From a virus (lineage: Duplodnaviria > Caudoviricetes), in the IMG/VR virus record IMGVR_UViG_3300017914_001789, positions 1 to 32,606 of that record: a stretch of DNA of 32,606 nucleotides, one strand, 5' to 3'. Every line of letters starts with the position of its first letter. The stretch's first letter is position 1. Positions 26,281 to 32,606 of the stretch are shown here, piece after piece. A model generated the notes under the pieces. That model had not been told where the DNA came from, did not search any database, and was given only the letters and a program-made list of their open reading frames with translations. The position numbers were made by a program, and so were the translations under genes.

Positions 26281-27720
26281 TTACATCTGAATGATCAGTT
26301 TGATATCCTCAATCTGATCTGCAGCCCTAGTGACTGCTCCCCTGTTCTCAATGTACATGATGTTACCTGAGTATTTAACAATTTCGGGGAAAGTGCTATC
26401 TACACTGGATACAGTTCCAATTGAACTTGCACCCTTATAAACTGTGTCTGAAGATGCAAAATCAGCATACCCACCAGCACTATTTGCTTGAGGGATGTGA
26501 GAGATTACATTTCCTGTAATAGAAACAATTCTTGATACTGCAACACCTGAACCGTCTGAAGATGCATCCATGATTGTATCGTCTACCGATAAACCTGTTA
26601 CTGATGATAATGTCATCTTATGATATGCACCATAGTTAGTACCTGTTGCAACTGTTGTACCTGAAGAGAATGGGTCTTGAATCAAACCAATTCTTCTAAA
26701 GTCGTTATCTGTTGGGAAATCACCTGAACCTTCAGCAAACTCTAATCTAGAGTTTACCATGACAAAGTTACCACCTAGTTCTTCAACTGGGTTTGCACCA
26801 TGTCCATACAAAGGTGAGATGATAGGAACTACTACTGCACTTGTTGTAGGAGTTCCGATACCTGAGATACCATCAATATCGATTGATGCTCTTTTGTATC
26901 CTGTTCCATTTGTGGTTACTGTAATGTGGGAGATTGCTCCAGCAGATGTAGTGTGAACAGTTACTTCTCCTGAAGAACCGTCACCATTAATTGCAACACC
27001 TGTATAACCACTTGCATTGTGAGTATATCCAGCACCACCGTTTGTTACTTTAACGTGGAAGATACCACCATCGACAGCATTGTTTTCTACGTCCCACTGT
27101 GCAGAACCATCATCTGCAGTTCCACCTAATTCAGTTTGGGCACCAATTGTTTTAACGGGGATGAAATCTGTAGTAACAAATTTAATAGTATCGGCAGCTG
27201 ATACTGTATACATGTACTTCCAAATATATCCTCTTCCACCAGCAGCGTCTGTGTCTGATGTTTCGACTAATGCAGTTGCACTAGTTCCTGTTGGTTTAAC
27301 GGTTGATGCAACGGTATCTCCGTTTGAGTCTCTACCAGTTCTTAAACATTTGTAAACATGAAACTCATCTGTGATTACATAATAGTTTGAATCGTATAGG
27401 TTAGTTGCACTTGAACCTGAAGACGTTGTGCTGGTACTAATTGTATGATCGTACTCGTCATAAGTTGTACCTGTTGTCCAGTTCTTTCTTGAAATTGCAT
27501 GGGTGACATCTGCAGAAGAAACTTTCTTCAATGCAATCATGTCTGAGTATGCATCGTACTCTTCACCTGTTGAGTTTGCTGGTGAAGGGGGTGAGGTATC
27601 ATCAGTCCAAGGATAAGACCTACCTATAAACATATACGTTGAGGATGCTGATTCCCCAAAGTCTTCGATGAATTGTTTAGCACTATGTGTCCTAAACTTT
27701 TCCGTGATAATTGCTGCCAT
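26281..27720 (-). CDS. gp8: Baseplate wedge subunit (T4 gp8-like)
   Basis: MAAIITEKFR, YMFIGR...W, VYKCL, GYIWKYMY, FRRIGLI.DP, YIENR....R..DQIEDIKLI. Confidence 0.9.
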   Translation of the reverse strand: MAAIITEKFRTHSAKQFIEDFGESASSTYMFIGRSYPWTDDTSPPSPANSTGEEYDAYSDMIALKKVSSADVTHAISRKNWTTGTTYDEYDHTISTSTTSSGSSATNLYDSNYYVITDEFHVYKCLRTGRDSNGDTVASTVKPTGTSATALVETSDTDAAGGRGYIWKYMYTVSAADTIKFVTTDFIPVKTIGAQTELGGTADDGSAQWDVENNAVDGGIFHVKVTNGGAGYTHNASGYTGVAINGDGSSGEVTVHTTSAGAISHITVTTNGTGYKRASIDIDGISGIGTPTTSAVVVPIISPLYGHGANPVEELGGNFVMVNSRLEFAEGSGDFPTDNDFRRIGLIQDPFSSGTTVATGTNYGAYHKMTLSSVTGLSVDDTIMDASSDGSGVAVSRIVSITGNVISHIPQANSAGGYADFASSDTVYKGASSIGTVSSVDSTFPEIVKYSGNIMYIENRGAVTRAADQIEDIKLIIQM

Positions 27721-27746
27721 TTTTAATCTCCGTTAATCTATTAGAT

Positions 27747-27765
27747 TATTTATATACTATTTATA
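27747..27765 (-). promoter_or_regulatory. Two tandem T4 late promoters TATAAATA (27747-27754 and 27758-27765)
   Basis: Exact consensus twice, upstream of the gp8 GGAG ribosome-binding site. Confidence 0.78.
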
Positions 27766-30700
27766 ACAAATCTAACTCAGTTTGCCTAATATTCGATGAA
27801 GTTACATATGCATTCCAAGTGATGTTTGTTCTCTTAAAGAATTTCTCATCGAAACTCTTCAATCTTATGTTTGGTAGTTGTGAATCGTAATCCTCAAAAG
27901 TCATACCACTCTCTTTTGAGGTCTCTAACAAGAGTGAACCATACCCATCTTCAAGCACGATTCTATCCTCTTCTGCATCGGTTGAAACATCATCGTCTAA
28001 GAGGTAATATGAAATTTCATATACTTGTTGAGTGTACATTTTATTTAGGTCACCAATTGTAACCCCTACAGGAGCAAAGCTTGTTAATGAATGACCCTGT
28101 GTTCTTTCATCAAGAATCACTCCACCATCTTCAAGAATAAATTGGTTACCGTTCTCATCGGTATGATAGAAGTTGGCAAAGTTTTGAACTCTTTCTGTCG
28201 ACATGTATACAGTATCTTGCACTGTATATGACCCATCTTCTAACTTCATAGGTTCACCATCTTCTGTGATAAACCTTGCACCCAAACCTTCACCTAGATC
28301 AGATTCTTCTCTGAGGTGATGTGTTTCTTCTTCAACGATGATCTTACTAAACCCATCTTCCAACACGATTGATTCTTGATCAAAAGGTATGTAGGATGGC
28401 ATAATAATACCCCTAGTAGAATCTCTATAAAGGGTTCCTCTTCTCTCATATGGACTATGAGATGGGTTATCAACATTGTCAAGACTTAAAGACGTTGCTC
28501 TATTGTTTGTTCCAATGTGAATTGTTCCACCCATTCCTGAGTGATGATTACAATAATAATACAGTGTTCTAGGTGTACTAGATGTAGGTGTAAATACTAG
28601 AAGATATTGACCTTCTGATGTATCTGTGGTATACTCTGAACCACCATTATGTACACCGTCTTCCGTTGTTGAGATTTTGAATGGATGACTGTTGTTGTTC
28701 TGTGAGAAGTAATATGTAAATCCTTCTTCTAATTTAAGTGTCTTGTTTTCAAAGTCGTTTATCTTATAAACATTTTGCGAACCATTGTTAACCACTGCAA
28801 CATCTATACTTTGAGCTCTCTCATATGTCTCCAATCTCATTGGAGTATTAACTTTTGCTTCTGCAAAAGATTTGATCTGTCTAATGTTAACATGACCTTC
28901 CTGAGCAGGTAATGTTGTATCAAAGTTTACTGGTAAGTATGGATAAGATTCACCTAACTCTGTAGGTTCGTAAATGAGTAATGAATCATTTGCAAGTCTA
29001 TCGGCAAGTGAGAAGTAACCTGTACCATCTTCGTTTTCAATCAAGTCACCATCTTCTGTTCTAAATAAATGATCTTGAGTAGAATACACTTCCAGTTCTT
29101 TGAGGTATTCTGTAATTGCTTTACCAAAGTCGGGTGCTGATTCTAATATCATCTCTGAACCATTCTCTAAGAGAATGTGAGACTGATCATCCCTCTCTGC
29201 AGTTGTTAAGTAATTATCCCTTGAGGCATTTTCCATCTCAAGATAATAAGTCGGTACACCCTTAATAATAATTGTAGGATTGAAATTAAATCTACTTTCT
29301 GACTCTACATCTATAACATTATTAATCGGGTCAAACGGGTTGATGAAGTTTTTAACAGCAACCTCACCAAAGAAAATGTGACCTGATGGGTGGACTAAAT
29401 CTTTTACGATTGCTCTATACTTGTTAATACTCTCACCCACTTTAATGATGTAAGAGTGTGTCTGATAGAATAGACCATCGTGTAAGTTTGACGTATCCTC
29501 AGAAACAGTAGACTCATTTGTTACTAACTGTCTTTGAATGATACCTTCTGCACCTAACTTACCTCTTGCTTGATATGGATTAAACTTTAGACATTTAAAT
29601 GTATCTGTATTATTGTATAATACCTCTTCGTCATCAAGAAAATGACCATTTAAATCTGTAAAGGTTAATATACCTCTGTCAGCATCATGGTTTACAACTT
29701 TACCAGTTGCACCAGTAATCCTACCAGTAAATGTTAGGTTCTGTGTTAAAGTTGCAGTTGGTGTTGATACCAACATTTTGAAATGAGATGTCGAATCAAC
29801 TGTTTGATCTTCTTTAAAATTATAACCTTGTTCTTGAATATTAACTGAACCAACACCACCAATAGTATCTGAGTATGCAAGAAGTTTTGCACCAGTTCCA
29901 CTTGATACCTTAATTTGCTTTGCAGTTTTAACTGTACCTGAAGTTCCACCAGTTATGACTTCACCAGCAGATACAAATTGATTCACATCAGTATGTGTTC
30001 TCTTAACTACTAATCTACTTCTACCATCCTTTTCTTCTTTTCTAATAATAGATGCAGTTGCATTTGAAGTGCTACCTGTAACAACTTCACCAACCTGATA
30101 ATCTGAGATATCTGCTGGGTCAAGATAAATGTAACCGCCAGGGAATGCTCTAGGTAGTTTGGTATAACCTGTTCCCTTTGCAGTTATTGTTACACTTCTG
30201 ATATGGGATTCTGTTGTTGATAGTTGTATTCTATCCCCATCTTCTAATAACAGTTGGTTGAATTGTGTGTATACTTCAACTTTCTCACCACCTGACATGG
30301 CAGAGGTAAATGTTACACGATCATTTTTAAAAGTGTAATCATCGTATTCGTCTTGTTTTACACCATCGACAAATACCTGTACCATGTTGTCATTGAATAC
30401 AACAAGTCTATTGTTCTCATCAGTTCCATTGAATAAGGTTTGACCTGCTGTTGCAGTAAACTCGAATTGACCCCACTCACTTCTGTTCTCTAAAATAACT
30501 GTGTCTTCTACTGCACCAATGACTGCTTCAGCTGCAGAACCATCTGCCTCTGAGTTATCAAATACAACAATATCTCCACCGTTGTATCCTGTACCACCAT
30601 CTTCGATGTATACTTTATCGATACCACCTCGTCTTAGACCATCGATAACCCCTTTTGCTTTTACAACATCTCTATCTGCTTTACCACCATCAAAAATCAA

Positions 30701-32047
30701 TGGGTCATTTAGAGAATACATCGAACCAAAGCTTTGGTGTTCGTTCAATACACCTCCACTGATATTCTCGTTGAAGTAATCTGCATCTTCTACAGTTACC
30801 GTTGCTGCAGTTTCAAGTTCTAGTGTTGTATCATTTGTTATTTCTTTGACTGTGATAGTATAGGTTGTACTTCCTGACTTAAACTTAAGTACATCACCTG
30901 CTTTAACTTCTCTTAAAAACTTTGAACTTGCACCCGTTACTTCTACACTACCATTTGTAGTAGAAATTGTACCTGTGAGTTGTGGTGATTCAAGTAATAT
31001 AGAATCATTATCATCTTGGGCAATATAAATAGATGACTGAGTGGTGTCGATATCTGACAAGATACCTTTCAATCGACCTGTGACTTTTGTCACTCCATCA
31101 CGATCTACAAATGTGACTGGATACTCTTCTACGAACTCACCAAAATGATTATCAGTGACTTCTAGAGAATACTCTGCTCTCGGAGTATTGATGATATAAA
31201 CATTTTCAACTATAGACTCTGCTACAATTGTTTTACCATCTGCTTCATATTGTACTATTTTGTCTGTTGAAGAAGGTTTTGTATTAACATCATCCATGAC
31301 CACTGCGACTCTTCTATGATGATTATGTCCTGATTCAGAAACCTTGATAGTTTCATCGATCAGATACCGAACTTCAGCATCCTGACCATACAATAATCTC
31401 ATCAAGAATATTACAGATTCTTTTGTACCCTTCTTCTGATAAAGGTCATGAATATTTTTGAGTGTTAATCTAGCATCTTTAGTATCATCTAAGTCTAAAG
31501 ATGGAATGAAATCTTTTTGGAAATAGTCTAAGAACTCTTCTGTTGTTAAATCAACATCTGAATAGTTTAGTAGACTGTTACTTGCAAGGACTGTATTGTG
31601 TTTGAATGTCTTAACAATACCAGTTTGTCCACCTTGCCTGCTTGTAATTTTTTCACCTGAATCAAATCCTGTACCACTGATAGTTTCTGTGTATAATGTA
31701 TTACCATTAATCGTGATAATCTTTGCTACAGTTTTGGTTTTTTCACCAACAATATATTCATCAACTGCAAAAGGACTGTTGGTTTGTTCAAAGACTAATC
31801 GAGAAGAATCTTGATCGGGTGATGGACTGACAGTTTTAGTTTCAACTAAGAGAGACCCACTGTCATCTTCTAATGTGACACCGTCAATGTCTCCTTGAGA
31901 CGAAAGGGTTAAGACTTCCGCCTCAAGGAACTCATAGTATGCTTTTAGGAATTGCTCAAAGACAGGTGCCTCGTCCTGAATAAAATCAGGAACAAGGGAA
32001 GTTATTCTATCGGATAACTTATCAATCTTTTGAACATTCTTAGGCAT
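27761..32047 (-). CDS. gp7: Baseplate wedge initiator (T4 gp7-like), elongated
   Basis: VPDFIQ...FEQFLKAYYEFLE, IHDLYQKKGTKES..FLMRLLYG, YQTHSYIIK...VKDLVHPSG; lies directly upstream of gp8. Confidence 0.78.
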   Translation of the reverse strand: MPKNVQKIDKLSDRITSLVPDFIQDEAPVFEQFLKAYYEFLEAEVLTLSSQGDIDGVTLEDDSGSLLVETKTVSPSPDQDSSRLVFEQTNSPFAVDEYIVGEKTKTVAKIITINGNTLYTETISGTGFDSGEKITSRQGGQTGIVKTFKHNTVLASNSLLNYSDVDLTTEEFLDYFQKDFIPSLDLDDTKDARLTLKNIHDLYQKKGTKESVIFLMRLLYGQDAEVRYLIDETIKVSESGHNHHRRVAVVMDDVNTKPSSTDKIVQYEADGKTIVAESIVENVYIINTPRAEYSLEVTDNHFGEFVEEYPVTFVDRDGVTKVTGRLKGILSDIDTTQSSIYIAQDDNDSILLESPQLTGTISTTNGSVEVTGASSKFLREVKAGDVLKFKSGSTTYTITVKEITNDTTLELETAATVTVEDADYFNENISGGVLNEHQSFGSMYSLNDPLIFDGGKADRDVVKAKGVIDGLRRGGIDKVYIEDGGTGYNGGDIVVFDNSEADGSAAEAVIGAVEDTVILENRSEWGQFEFTATAGQTLFNGTDENNRLVVFNDNMVQVFVDGVKQDEYDDYTFKNDRVTFTSAMSGGEKVEVYTQFNQLLLEDGDRIQLSTTESHIRSVTITAKGTGYTKLPRAFPGGYIYLDPADISDYQVGEVVTGSTSNATASIIRKEEKDGRSRLVVKRTHTDVNQFVSAGEVITGGTSGTVKTAKQIKVSSGTGAKLLAYSDTIGGVGSVNIQEQGYNFKEDQTVDSTSHFKMLVSTPTATLTQNLTFTGRITGATGKVVNHDADRGILTFTDLNGHFLDDEEVLYNNTDTFKCLKFNPYQARGKLGAEGIIQRQLVTNESTVSEDTSNLHDGLFYQTHSYIIKVGESINKYRAIVKDLVHPSGHIFFGEVAVKNFINPFDPINNVIDVESESRFNFNPTIIIKGVPTYYLEMENASRDNYLTTAERDDQSHILLENGSEMILESAPDFGKAITEYLKELEVYSTQDHLFRTEDGDLIENEDGTGYFSLADRLANDSLLIYEPTELGESYPYLPVNFDTTLPAQEGHVNIRQIKSFAEAKVNTPMRLETYERAQSIDVAVVNNGSQNVYKINDFENKTLKLEEGFTYYFSQNNNSHPFKISTTEDGVHNGGSEYTTDTSEGQYLLVFTPTSSTPRTLYYYCNHHSGMGGTIHIGTNNRATSLSLDNVDNPSHSPYERRGTLYRDSTRGIIMPSYIPFDQESIVLEDGFSKIIVEEETHHLREESDLGEGLGARFITEDGEPMKLEDGSYTVQDTVYMSTERVQNFANFYHTDENGNQFILEDGGVILDERTQGHSLTSFAPVGVTIGDLNKMYTQQVYEISYYLLDDDVSTDAEEDRIVLEDGYGSLLLETSKESGMTFEDYDSQLPNIRLKSFDEKFFKRTNITWNAYVTSSNIRQTELDLL

Positions 32048-32049
32048 GA

Positions 32050-32517
32050 TTAGGCGATTGTACCACCAATGTTAGAGATCACATTCCAACCACCATTTGC
32101 AGAACCTAACCAAATCAAGACACAAGCATCACCTTGGTCTGAGAATGTGATTGTTGTTCCGTTGTTGAAAGTTGAAGGTGTCAACACAACATCATAAGTT
32201 GATGCTGGGTCTGTTGCGATCACAACGATTTTAATTTCACCGACATCACTTGAATCAGAAAGTGTTAATGCCATGTTTGCACTGATTGAATCAGCATCAA
32301 CGACAACAACACCACCGTCATTAATAGAACCTGAAGCACTAACTGCGTTCAAGTCATTAATTGCCAAGTGAGTTGGGATGTTTTCAAAAAGGTTAGCAAT
32401 TGTTAACCTTTTGTTTACTGGAGTTCCGCCTGGGTCATCTACAACGTGTAGAATATCTGAACCCGATACCTCGGAACCTGCCATTACGGTCAAAGCCGTT
32501 ATTTTCTTATCTGCCAT
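32050..32517 (-). CDS. Small virion structural protein
   Basis: MADKKITALT...DILHVVD...NKRLTIANLF fibre-type N-terminus; beta-rich C-terminus; GGAGG upstream. Confidence 0.7.
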   Translation of the reverse strand: MADKKITALTVMAGSEVSGSDILHVVDDPGGTPVNKRLTIANLFENIPTHLAINDLNAVSASGSINDGGVVVVDADSISANMALTLSDSSDVGEIKIVVIATDPASTYDVVLTPSTFNNGTTITFSDQGDACVLIWLGSANGGWNVISNIGGTIA

Positions 32518-32588
32518 TCTCTTTTCCTCCTATAATCCAATTGAATGGGAAACTACTCGGGGGACTCCCGACCACTTTATACATTTAG

Positions 32589-32606
32589 TTAATAACTACT
32601 GGTTGA
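32589..32606 (-). CDS. Possible last codons of the upstream gene (...STSSY-stop), by synteny the gp6 wedge
   Basis: Only five codons are visible; the call rests on synteny and a recalled similar C-terminus in marine phage gp6. Confidence 0.25.
   Translation of the reverse strand, partial: STSSY

Noticed and set aside
19400-32047. Inteins or introns in the giant ORFs
   Set aside because: No intein splice-junction or LAGLIDADG/HNH motifs were recognised, and the frames are continuous.
587-32588. Plus-strand and nested short ORFs in the track
   Set aside because: They are antisense or alternate-frame shadows of well-supported minus-strand genes, with no recognisable motifs.

Overview
All coding is on the minus strand. 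The window is part of the late structural region of an AT-rich T4-like myovirus resembling marine cyanophages/pelagiphages. Read right to left it encodes a small virion protein, a gp7-like wedge protein, gp8, a VrlC/DUF4815-like giant protein, a cluster of tail-fibre-like genes, a cluster of putative modifying enzymes (glycosyltransferase fusion, 2OG-Fe(II) oxygenases), gp13-gp14-gp15-gp16 and a truncated methyltransferase-like gene. The standout observation concerns three Pro/Gln/Tyr/Thr-rich repeat proteins that obey a peptide-level mirror-complementarity rule. The adjacent 370-aa and 320-aa proteins each carry a 296-residue, 36-unit tract whose units match in reverse order by length and by a consistent pairing rule. 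The 531-aa protein contains the same rule internally, as two 184-residue mirrored arms around a 100-residue tip. My inference is an antiparallel 'zipper' fibre, intermolecular in one case and a hairpin in the other, docked on paralogous anchor proteins and possibly modified by the neighbouring enzymes. A structured late leader with three AGUGA-loop hairpins and a T4-style start-occluding hairpin at gp13 were also found. All family assignments come from motif recognition, not database searches.
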